Of a DNA stretch of 64,000 nt, positions 12,231 to 23,700 are shown one piece after another. The stretch covers positions 47,656 to 111,655 of the forward strand of contig NW_004797366.1 in the NCBI RefSeq assembly GCF_000002075.1. The letters run 5' to 3'. How positions within the stretch are numbered: the first letter of the stretch is position 1; every line of letters begins with the position of its first letter. The DNA is from Aplysia californica. Taxonomy: Eukaryota. Position numbers and translations under genes: made by a program. The notes under the pieces are model-generated. The model saw nothing but the letters and a program-made list of their open reading frames with translations. It ran no database searches and had not been told where the DNA came from.

Positions 12231-12484
12231 GGGTAAGATTGAGGAATACCGGACCTGCGGACTGACTTTGCCTATTTGCCTCAACCTTCGGAATTCATGA
12301 TTTTCCCCAGTTTTTAATATCTCTCAATGGTGAATCTCGGACCGGTTGATCTAAATCTATTTATTACAATTTTGTCAGGGGGGGAGACCCCCCTGCCCCC
12401 CCAACCCCCTCCTCCACCCCAATCACCCGCCCCACATTCTCGCGCAATAATGTTACGAGTGGTCGGGTATTCTTCAATCTTCCC
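12231..12484. mobile_element. MITE with ~20-bp TIR inserted in the SINE tail
   Basis: GGGTAAGATTGAGGAATACC / GGTATTCTTCAATCTTCCC; flanking TAATGGTT is duplicated imperfectly. Confidence 0.65.
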
Positions 12485-12712
12485 TAATCATTAGGCTAAT
12501 GGTTGTAAAGCACATAGAGCAAGCTTTTTGAGCGTGGATAGGCGCTATAAAAATGCAATCATTATTATTATTATTATTATTATCATCGACATCATTATTA
12601 GGCTATTATTATTTAGTAAGTTACTGAACTGAGCCTCTATGTTAGGGTAAAACTCCCTGAAATTGAAACCTCAGGCTCAGGGTCCTCAGTCTAGATCTAG
12701 ATGTCTACTTAC

Positions 12713-13453
12713 CTCGGCTATATAATGCTATATTATTATAATATTGCTGGCCAGACTTCGATAATAATGAGTTTGTTATGTCATCTCCTTGCCAAAATTA
12801 ATATCGAGACTTGAAACAAACTATGACATGAATCATGTGTGTATCTATTCTGTGGGCCACTGTGATTCAAACACGTCTACCTTCAACCACTCTGCGTCAA
12901 CGTTCGACTTTTTTACTTCATCAACATAACCAGAGACACTAAAATATACAACACGCATGTAACATAACAGGAAGAAAGAAAATGTAAAAACGAAACTAAA
13001 AGTAGACCTGGCTCGATAACACGATCCAGTTTGAATGCCGTAAAACTAAATACTCGATTTTATTTTTCTGAAACATGTTACAGTTAACCCAAAATACATT
13101 AATTGTTACTCAATACTTTCACAATAGTTAAATTGACACAATATCGGAGTTTGTAGTCAGATTTACGCCCTTTATCCTATGCTCGATAGCAACCGGATTT
13201 TAAAGAAGGCGCTTTGTGATTGGCTGATTCCCTGCTTGTTTCGAATTTTGAAACGATTGTAAACAAGTTAGTCAGGAGAGTGGAGAGTCTACACAGTTGT
13301 GTGCAAGCTGAAGTTATAAACATAGGCCTAAGACTAGGCTAGAGATAGATTTAGAGATTTAGATTACTGTTAGCTTTCAAATTTATCAAATAGTAATGTA
13401 GATCTATTTGTGCATTCTTCAGGTGAAAACTGTGCTTGTAACTGAACATTCAG
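12713..13453. promoter_or_regulatory. Probable bidirectional promoter and non-coding first exons of the torsin-like gene and ASPM
   Basis: Consensus donors face outward: GAG|gtaagt on - (12712) and CAG|gtaagt on + (13454). Reverse CCAAT box ATTGG at 13219-13223, CHR-type TTCGAA (13240) and TTTGAA (13247), and GGCGC at 13208. Confidence 0.6.
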
Positions 13454-13695
13454 GTAAGTTTAATAATTTGGAAATCTATTTCAAAGTTCAGTGTTCTTTC
13501 TGACGAGCTGAAATCAGATGACCCAGCAGGCCCACTAGGCCGGCTACGCCCAGGCCCAGGTCTAGAGAGTAGCCTATAGGCTAGATCTAGAATCTAGATC
13601 TAGATAATCTTCTAGTCCTACTGAAAACAACTAGAAATCTGGATCTAGACTAGATCTAGGAGTAGGTCTAGATCTAGATTCTAGATTAGTTTGTT

Positions 13696-13839
13696 CGGGA
13701 GGACTTCCGTAACGAGCGACCACTATGAATGAGACAGAGCAGAATTGAGGGCTAGGGGTAGGGGTTGGGTTAGGGTTAGGGTTAGGCCTCTTCTTTATTG
13801 TGTTTGATGGGGTGGTCGCTCGTTACGGAAGTCCTTCCG
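13696..13839. mobile_element. Short foldback element containing (TTAGGG)n
   Basis: Perfect 24-bp inverted repeat AGGACTTCCGTAACGAGCGACCAC (13700-13723 / 13812-13835) around GGGTTAGGGTTAGGGTTAGG. Confidence 0.7.
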
Positions 13840-14432
13840 TTTGNNNNNNNNNNNNNNNNNNNNNNNNNNNNNNNNNNNNNNNNNNNNNNNNNNNNNNNNN
13901 NNNNNNNNNNNNNNNNNNNNNNNNNNNNNNNNNNNNNNNNNNNNNNNNNNNNNNNNNNNNNNNNNNNNNNNNNNNNNNNNNNNNNNNNNNNNNNNNNNNN
14001 NNNNNNNNNNNGCCATCAATATCAGTATCATGACTAGGACCATCATAATATTCATCATATTCTAGATCTAGATCGTCTATGTATTGGATGTAGGCCTATC
14101 TAGAATCTAGATTCTCTAGATCTAGAATGTAGTCCTCCTTCCTTATATATCAGTAGGTCTGATGATGCAGCATGAGTCACCCGCTGAGCATGATCTAATC
14201 TTTCTAGATCTAGTGTCACATGGGGAATGGAAAGATTCTCCAAGCCTGCAAAGGTCATCACTCACAATTGACTTTGTGGTGATGACTCCAACTCGGTAAG
14301 ATTGAACTGTTGACCTTTTCATAAATCGAAGACTCACTTCAAGGTACGTCACTAGTCAGCATCAGATCATTCAAGAAAACATAGTGGTTGCTATTAAATG
14401 TTCTCTTTTTTATTTCTGCAGAATTGCCAAAA

Positions 14433-14761
14433 ATGTCTGTCAACCATGATGCCGGTGGCTCTGGTGCCCCCATGAGAAAAGCTCGGAGATCTTGGTTTGA
14501 CAATCCACCCACCCCTGAGCTCGCTCTCCCTCACAATGGCATGGAAACCAAACCTCCTCGGACGAAACGCCGCAGTTTGGACAGTGTTGAGACTCTTACT
14601 CTCACACACTTCACCAGTCCACCGAAGATCTCGTTTGGCAAGATCCTGGTTGGGAAGAGCAAACTGAGAACACTTCTGATCCGCAACCCTCACGACTATG
14701 ATCAGGAAGTAGTTGTGGAGCGGTTCCCCTTCAAGAAGAACTTCAAGATTGAACATTCAAG
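14433..14761 (+). CDS. ASPM: ASPM coding exon 1 (start of ASH domain)
   Basis: Acceptor at 14421, aaaATG at 14433, [15 protein letters not shown] motif, donor AG|gtgagc. Confidence 0.9.
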
Positions 14762-17700
14762 GTGAGCCAACCACTCTTCTTGATAAGCAAACTGTTATAA
14801 TTAACCCAGCTCTGATTTCAATTTATAGGGAAAAAAAGTAAATTGAATACTGTAGTATTTTACAGTGAAAGGAGGGAAAGCAGACTTTTAAACATGATTA
14901 TATTAATAGTCTACTTAACCTTATATCTGTTTTATAAAACCAAGGAAAGGTATTCTGAATGTTGAAATATGTAAAAACTGAATGAAAATTTTAAAAAATT
15001 TTAAGTGATTTAAATCACTGATTTTTATTTAAAAAATCAAGTTGATTTAAATTTAAAAAATCAACTGATTTAAATCAACCCAACACTGATTATAACATAA
15101 TAGTCTGTTTACTATATATATATATATTTGTTCTTTGCATTGAATGGTGGATATCGTTCCCTATCAAGGTTGTTGATGGCCTCTCAGTTGTGAAGCATTA
15201 AAAGTGCCATCAACTTAGAGTTCATTTCCAAACATCTCTTTAATGAGCCTATTTATTTATCCCTAAGGTTGTCACATTTTCTTGAAATTTTATAACCCTC
15301 TTATTTTTGTCATTACGAATGCTCGATTTTTATTTGTTTCTCTCAGGTTTGTAGTGGGAGCTGAGGATGTGTTTGAGCTGGAGATTACCTGGAGTCCAGA
15401 GGAGGATGGAGGTTGTCGTGAGATGATCCAGTTTTCGGTCAATGGTATTTTCAGGCTCCAAGCTTTTGTGCTGGGAACTGTGGAGAAGCCGAAAGCTCCT
15501 CGGAAAGTGGTAGGTTACTTTGAGTACTTTGAGAAAAAGACTGTTGGTTATGAAAGTATTCTGTGTTTTTTTGTTCTTCTATTCTGGTAAATAAGTTTGA
15601 TGTTCTTTTCATAATTGCCAAATCATAGGAGAGGGGAATGCATCGACAAATTTTTAGAGGGTTACATATTACATGTTTTTTGGAGTCTATCCTTTGATTT
15701 ATTGGTTGTAGTCTGTTTCTGGTCTCCAAAAATGTTCTTTTTTCTCTCGTGTTCTGAGCCCATTCTTATCCAAATGATGCTATCTGGTTAGTAGAAAAAG
15801 GTGAACTTAATTTAAAATGACTTTCGTCTGGTTTTACATGCAATTCATTTTCGTATGTGTGTGAGATTTAACAATTTTGTAATTTTTAATTTTTAAAAAA
15901 AAATTTTTTTTTTTTGGGGGGGGGGGGGTTAGTTGGTTCCTGTTTTCTACATTGAAGATAGCTTAATCATAATCAGCAATCATGTTTGATTTTCTAAATA
16001 CACCAGCTTGTTAGAATTAGTAACTTTTGCTCTAAAGGTAATGCTTTTGAACATGTTTTCCACAGAGGCGCTATCCCATGGGTCCAAGAGTGAAGCAGCC
16101 TGGCACTGTGGTGCAGACATCTGCCCTGACTCATATCAAGTCAAGCTACAGTCCACGGAGAAGCCAGGAGGCTCGAGATCTCATGGCCGAGCTTGGTAGC
16201 AGGGGACAGCGGGGAGAGAATAAGGAGAACAGTGAGATCCTCAAGTCACAAGAGTCCAAATATTTGACTGTTGCCAAGGAGAACTGCAATAACCCTGAGC
16301 CAGCTGGTCCTACTGTCTTTGCTGAAACCCGAGCGGATCCTTGTGCTGCAGAAGTTTTTGCTCCTCGGCCTTCACATGAAGGGGAGGAAGCATCAAAATC
16401 CCCTTCCCCGTTGGAATCGACGGCAATTTTTGCCAAACCAGATGAAGCATCCAAGCACAGACGGCAATGGAGGAAGATCTCAGATATCACATCACCTGTC
16501 CTTAACACTATGAGCCCCATCCCACTCAATGAGGGAAATGAAAATGGCATCACGGTGGATTCCTATTTTCAGGCCAATGAAGCAAGTGCTGAGAAAGCCA
16601 GGGAGAAGCATAAGGGGCAGGCTGAAGCTGGAGAAAAGAAAGATAATGCTGCACTGAACGCAGCGGCTGTCAGTAGAAATGAATATCTGAAGGAAACGTT
16701 TGTGGTACCCCTCCTGCCAGCTGGCAAAGTTGCAGACACAACCAGCAGTATCAGGAATGATCAGTCTCGAAGAGAGGATGGCAAAACATTCTGCACGGAG
16801 GACATAACACATAAGTCAACTTCTCAGCAAAGTAAAACAAGAGTTCTGACGCCTAAGAAAGGCAAGGATGTTGCTCATCTTATGAGATCCAATTCTGTGG
16901 ACCTGCCTTTGTCTGATGCTAAAAAAGTCAACCCGGCTAGTGGTGGGACCAAGTCTAGAACGTCAGCAGATCCTAAAGAACTGGAAATGATGAAGAGAAT
17001 TGCGTGGAACTCTCCAAATACCTCTGAGAATCAGAACAGTACCAAAACAAGCCCTGCCTCGCCGAATACTATGCTGAATGAGTCATTGTCATTGATTTCT
17101 CAGATGAAGGTAGGATGTGTGAGATCCTCAGGTGGAGTCATCTCCCCTCCAGAGGGTAACAGCATGAATTCCAGCATCATCTCCCAGGGTATGGGTATGG
17201 TGAGCCCAAACTCCTTCATGGAGGACATGAAAGCCATGGCTCACGATCAAAGCGGGTCGGGGACTCGTAACGAACCTCCCAGCCCCTCCGCGACTCTCAA
17301 TAATTCCATTCCTCATAGGGCAGTGGTCAGCCATTTGCAGAATGTTCGGGTGTCTCTCACATATTCTCCGAAGACTGCCCCCTCAGGAAGTAGTTCTGGA
17401 ACTCCGAAGAAGCGTCCCTCTGAGAAGTTTGGCACGAAACGTCGCTCCATCTCCTCACAGTTCAGGAAAGAGGAGGTGCAGATGACTACTGGAGTTGTGA
17501 AGAAAAACCAGAGACGGCTTTCTGGCCAGAAAGAAGAGTGGAAGAGAAAGGGGCCTTGTGCACAACGTGGATCTGCCAGCACAGCACAGGAGGTCAAGCG
17601 GAACAAGTCTGTTGGAAAGGTCGGATGCCAGCAGGTGAAGGTCAAAACACAGAGCACTACAAGTGCAAGAGAATCATCAGCCAAGAGGCAGGAATCTGAT

Positions 17701-20700
17701 ATCAAGAAGAAGAATCTGAAAAAGAAATCTCCTACTGTAGCTAAACGGGAGGTTGCAGAAAAGCTGACCACCAATAAAGTTGTGAAACTGCAAGGCTCTC
17801 CATTTGAAAGTAATGTTACCGAGAGAAAAAAGAAAAAGGGTACTCCGAGCTCGAAACCCGAAGTCCAGGAAGATAAGTTGGTTTGTCCATCAGTTGAGAA
17901 ACACAATGGTGAGACAGATGAACAGGTGACTCCAGTGAAGGAAGGTAGCGCTGTGGATTCTGGTACCATCGTCAAAGGCAGATCATTTGATGTCTCACAT
18001 GAAAGAAGTGGAAGCTTTTTTGAAAACCTTCTCCCTGATGATGATGGAGTTGATAAAAATGAAAGCAATGGTGGAAAGAACAGTTCTCTGTCAAGAAGGG
18101 GCAATCTCTTCCCTGACTTGAATTTGGCTGATACAGTCACTGTCTCTCAAAATGAGATATCATTAGCTGAAGATTTCTGTCGTGAAATAGCCTGCAGCAC
18201 TGAGGCAACTCTAGATGCTGGTTCTCTGAAGACCTCGGAGCAAGGGACGATGCGAGCAGATGTTGCTGGGACCATAACGATGGCAGCAGAACAGAGTTCT
18301 TCCTATGTCATCACGCCTCGTAAGTCTCAACTGGACAGGGTTGTCAATGCTGCTGAGCGGTCGTTGTCTCCACAAAGATTTTGTCCAGTTTCACCAAGTG
18401 CGTTGCCGACAAGTCCAGGCATGGCATCGGAATTTTCTCGCCGTGGGACAATGACAGTTACAAAATCACGGCCCTCGGATGCCTTACTAGCGGCTTTGAA
18501 CAACAGGAAAAGACAAATGCTTTTGTCATCAAGGCAAGACAGCCCAGGTACTCTCCCAGGAGATGACACAGAGACTACTGAGAACATTCGTATTCATGTG
18601 GAGGAACACTATGAGGAGATTGACGGACAGATGTATGTGGTGGTGAAGGAGACCACGGACGTGGTCAAGTCAATGACAGAGACATACATTGAGGCAGTCC
18701 CTGCGAGCCCTCAGCAGTTCAACACTCCACCACAGCTTCCCACTAGCCCCAACCCAGACTTATCACGCAGGTCAACCCACATCATACGAAGCCCAAAAGT
18801 CATTGATGTTGCAGCCATGAACAAAAGAAAACTGAAATTTTGCACGTCTGTTGAGACTTCTGCCACTTCTGATGGAATGGCGGGAGTCTGTCCGGAGATG
18901 GGGAAGACACTGAGTGTGCCAGTCATTCCTCAACCTGGGGGTATTATGCCTGAAAGAATGGAAACTCCAACAGTATCCAGTTCTACCCTTGTAACTGAGG
19001 CGTCTGGAAATGAGCAGAATACAGTGGAAATGCTGTCTGACGAGCTAGGAAAATCAAATGACCTTCAGAAGACAGAGGAGGTACAACAGCATCAATTTGA
19101 GATGGTGAAAACTTCAATGACTGAGGCATCAGCTCCTCCAATCACATCAGTTTGTCTGATGTCCAACAAGATTGTGGATTATGAGGATATCTCGGAAGAA
19201 GACAGCGTGGGAAACGTGACGAAGGACTCGCTTGATTCTAGTAGAATTTCTACATTTTCTTCTGACTCTCTCCAGGTGCAGCGAAAAGAGTATGTTGCAT
19301 CGTCCCTGCATCAAGAAATAACCGTTGTGCCTTTGAGTGAGTCTCCACTTGAATCACAAGCTGTGAGACAATTTGCCTGTCCTGAAAAGATTTCGGATGA
19401 AACTAATAGTGTCCAAACTTCCTCTTCTGCTGTAGCCCAGAAAGAAACTTCTGAGACACAGGATCCTTGTGTAGATCATAGGGAGATGTTTATCACAGAG
19501 AGAAGAGTTTGCTTTGTGCCAACCGTACTAGCTCAACGACGACCCAAGAAAGTCACAGAGAAGAAAATGTTGAGGCGCTCCATATCAGCTGATGGACTGA
19601 TGCCAAGAAATACTGCATTTGATATCCCTGTTGCTGATGAAGAAAGAGAAGAAACTCACTCTGACCCAGTACATGCAACTGTTCCCCCCGACTCCTTGGA
19701 CAATGCCAAGTCTGACACTGCTTGCAGCAATCCGAAAAGGGCCTTGTTTGTCAAACCCACCACACGGGCTAAGAAACCTCTGTTGTCAAGGTCGTCTCAG
19801 GGTCAGCTGCCCACTTCTAAAATGCCTGGTGGTCAAGCCAGCACTCTCAAGGTCAGAAGCCGTAGCCTGAGCAGCTTGACTGGACCATCGGATGAGAAAG
19901 TTCAGAAAGCTGCTGTAGCCGACTCGAGCATCAATCGCAAGCCAGTCAGACCATCTAAGACTGTCAAGCCTGGTGAGCGTTTTTGTTTTTTGTGCTTATC
20001 TGTTCAAAAACAGTCTCTTCTTATAGAAGCAGGTAGTTGGGGATTAATCTAACGCCATATATATCTGAATATCTGCTCTTTCTACTTCTATTCAGTACCA
20101 CTATTATAACTACTTCTGCTCAGGCTAATTTTGTAATGAAATTACATCAACATGCTACTTTTCTTACTCTTGAGCCTACAACCCAGAAAAAAAGTTGTAG
20201 AAAAGTGTTACTCCCCATTGACACTACTTACAACATTTAGGAGATGGGCTGCTTTGATTTTGCCAGTTAGGACCTACCCTAGCTGATAGGAATACAACGC
20301 TGCAACAGAAAGAAGGAGATAGTACGAAATAAGTTCTCCCCACAAGGGAATTGAACTGGTGTCTTCTGTGTGCAATGGTGAAGCGCTTAATCAGTGCTTC
20401 ACCACACAGTTCCAACCCTGGCAAGTAAATGAATGTTCCCATTGTGTAGATTACTGCATGTCACCTGTCAGCCTGGCTGTGTTTGTCCCTTTGTGCCCCA
20501 CACCTCTGCCTCAACAAGCCTTCATCTTCCCCAGTTTCTGCTTTGATGCGTTATTTCATGAAGTTGTAAAGTTACTACTGCTGAATTTTACATTCTCAGT
20601 CTATGATATATAGCAGGTCTTTCTTTATTTTTCTTTGCCGCTATTTTATTCTGCTAGTGCATACAAAAAATGCTTCTACAGTTGGGCATACAAAGGTGAC

Positions 20701-23700
20701 TTCAGTTCTAAGCTGCCTAGCGTTGTGTTTCTGAGGAGTGTCAAACTACATTGTAACTAAATTGCTCAGGGGGCAAAACTCAAATTACACTAAAGGTTGT
20801 GGGTCAGACTGGATGAACACATTGAGCAGTGGAAAAACTAAAACTTACTGGATGAACACATCAATGGGAAGTGGAAGAACTAAAACTTTTTTTGAAAAGT
20901 TATATGAATTAAAACTGACAAAAGTTAAAATAATAACATTATTATTATATCAAGGCATGCCAATTGTCACTCTTCTTATAAGCCGCTTTGGAACAGCTGG
21001 ATGTTTTTGCCATCTTTACCTGGCAGCAAGTTAATTTATATCTGGGATAAAGTTCTTTATTGTGAAAATTATCAGGATAGACTACCTAAAGTTCTCTTGC
21101 AGGATGGATAAAATATATATAAGTGTTTGCCGGTCCGGATTTGGCCCTTAGGCCTTGAGTTTGATACCTGTACTTTTGACAGACTGAGATTAGTCACTAA
21201 TCCATTTGTTTCTCTGTCTCTTACCCTGTGTACAGCACCAAGTGGCTCAGTCAAGAAGAAAGGTCCCAAAGGAGTTGCTCAGTCGAGACTTATCCTGCTG
21301 AAAAAAGCCAAATCTGGTAAGTTATCTCAGCGTCTTTATTTTTGTATAATTGTATATATGCTTGATTACCCATTACGTGATGACACAAATGTCATTTTAA
21401 AAGGATGCCTCGCACTATAAGGGACAAAGGGTCTGTTTTTTTGTATGACCAGAGCCTCTATCATCAGATTATCATAAAACAGGGTTGGACAGAAAGAGTA
21501 AGCACCGAGAAAATTAAAAAGATACTGTTTCCTCTTGAGAACACCTCTTTGATATATATTTTTTTTTATCCCAAGCCTCTTCAGGGTTGATATATTTGTA
21601 AATTTTGTGGCAAAGTTTGCCATTTTTTATTAGGTACTTCTGGTTCCTTTTTTGCCCTGGATTTTAGTTCACTAACGGAAACAATTAACACTTGAATGGA
21701 CATAAAGGTCTTGAACATTTTGTTCTCAAAAGAAAAATAGAAGTCAAAAGAGGCAGACTTAGACCAAAAATAAACTATTTAATGACCTTGAACAGGTAAG
21801 TGACAACAAAAGACCCCCGACAGTATCAAATTTTTTTAGAGCTTTCAAGCAGAGAAATGAATGGCAAACCATAATCATCAAATATCTGTTTCAGATCTGG
21901 CATTTAAAGAAGAAAGGTAATGCTCGTATAGGAAAAAAAACAACTGACGCCCGATCTTTTCCACTGCCGAGCACTGAGTGACATCAGAACAAACCTTCAG
22001 CCTCTGAGACCAGATTTTTATTTATTTCCATTTTCCTCACCAGGCACCCCAAGACATCCGATGCCGTTTGCTGCTCGCAACATGTACTACGATGAGCGAT
22101 GGATGGAAAAACAGGAGCGAGGTTTTGTGCAGTGGCTCAACTTTGTCCTGACACCCCCTGACGAGTACCTGGCTGTCACAAGCAAACCAAAAGGTAATGG
22201 GACAGGAGATTAGAGCCACTGTGAGAGCATCTCTTGGACCACAATTACCCAGGGTGTTTTAGGGTCTGCTGGGGTAATAGTAGTTATAAAGCACAAAGAG
22301 GATGCTGTAGAGCATGGACATAGGCCTTGTGCTATGTAAATGCAATTATTAATTTCTATCAAGCTTTAAAATATTGCTGTTTGCTGTGTGGATTATTTTC
22401 TAACGAGACCAAATGTTTTTATCTCGAGTACCAAAAAGGAGTGAGTATAAATTATAATGGTGCCTTTTATTATTGCTTTTACTAAAGCTAAATAGCGGAT
22501 GAAAAACAGAAAAAAATGGGCTGCTGAAAATGCAGTGGCCTATTTACTAGTCTTAAAATGTGTGTGTGCGCCTTGAGAAAGGTACAAAAAGTCGCTTCAG
22601 ACCGTTTCAAGCTACAGGCTGATAATGAGACAAAAATCACATTTTTGACCAAAATGTGTTTCCAGAAAAAAATTATAGATCCTCCATTTTTTTTTTACAA
22701 TGTGCTCAAAGTGTTTTCTTTGATTTGACTTCTAAATAATTTATTTTGAGGATAGGGTTTAATAAAAATAATAATGGAAACTGCTTTTAAAAGGTGTTAA
22801 AGTGGGTGGTTGGCGGGTGCTCTGATGTGGTTTGCTTCTTCTTTCCTATCAAACATCTATCGTCCTTATCTCCCCTTCTTCTTTTTTATGTTTGTTACTC
22901 TCTTGTAACAGCTCTAATCTTCTGGGGCTCATATGACCTTATAATGCAGTTGCGAGCGCCGTAAAACCTCTACTAAAACTAAACTAAAGGTGTTAAAAAT
23001 CTATTCTTGAAGCACGTTTTCTCTTCCCTGCTATGTTTTTCCATTGATGATGTTGAAGTAAACTAAATGTCAAATTGGACATGAATTTTCCATGAATAAA
23101 TACAATTAAAAAATCGTGGGGGTTTTTTTTAAAGTTTGTATTTGTTCTCATGTTTGTTAAACTTAAAAGCTCATTTTCTCAAAATTCTATCTTTATACCC
23201 AACCTCGCAAAATGTGCAATATCTCAAAAACTACTTGTGATATAATCTAAAAAATTCAAATTCAAAGACCACTGTGTTAAGCATTGAATTTCCTGTAAGG
23301 TACAACCCTTAACTCGAAATGGTCAAAATCCGACTTTTGGTACCTTTCTTTAGGCACCCACACATACATCTCCTTTTTGCATAACTCTGCTGAAGGCCTT
23401 CAGCATAATAATCTGGTGGCATGAAAAGAAAAGTGTATTAAAGAGACATTTCTGAGCTGCAGTTTCTGGCTGTTTTATTTGTTTCTAAGTACTTCAGTGA
23501 GGCTCATGAGATAGCAGACCTTTTGTGGAGTAAAACTGCTTGGGTTTTTAATATAAGAGTATGTCAATTTTACTCTTCTAGCAGGTGCTCGGACAGCGCC
23601 ACTGATTACACCCTATTTCAAACAGTTCCTGATGTTGCTATTTTTTCTGCACTGAATAACTGTCATTGCGTCAATGTTGTTCTCTCTCCTACAAAGTGCT

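Larger units (their letters stand above)
10795..12585 (+). mobile_element. tRNA-derived Meta/V-like SINE split by nested insertions
   Basis: A box TGGCCTAGTGG, B box GGTTCGAATCC, TGTGTCCTTGGGAAAGGCACTT core. The body resumes near 12163 and 12497 and ends in (ATT)n. Related fragments at 22250-22350, 38794-38845 and 47667-47805. Confidence 0.75.

Noticed and set aside
17313-18140. 275-aa antisense ORF and other ORFs overlapping the large ASPM exons
   Set aside because: These are shadows of the coding strand with no independent motif or splice support.
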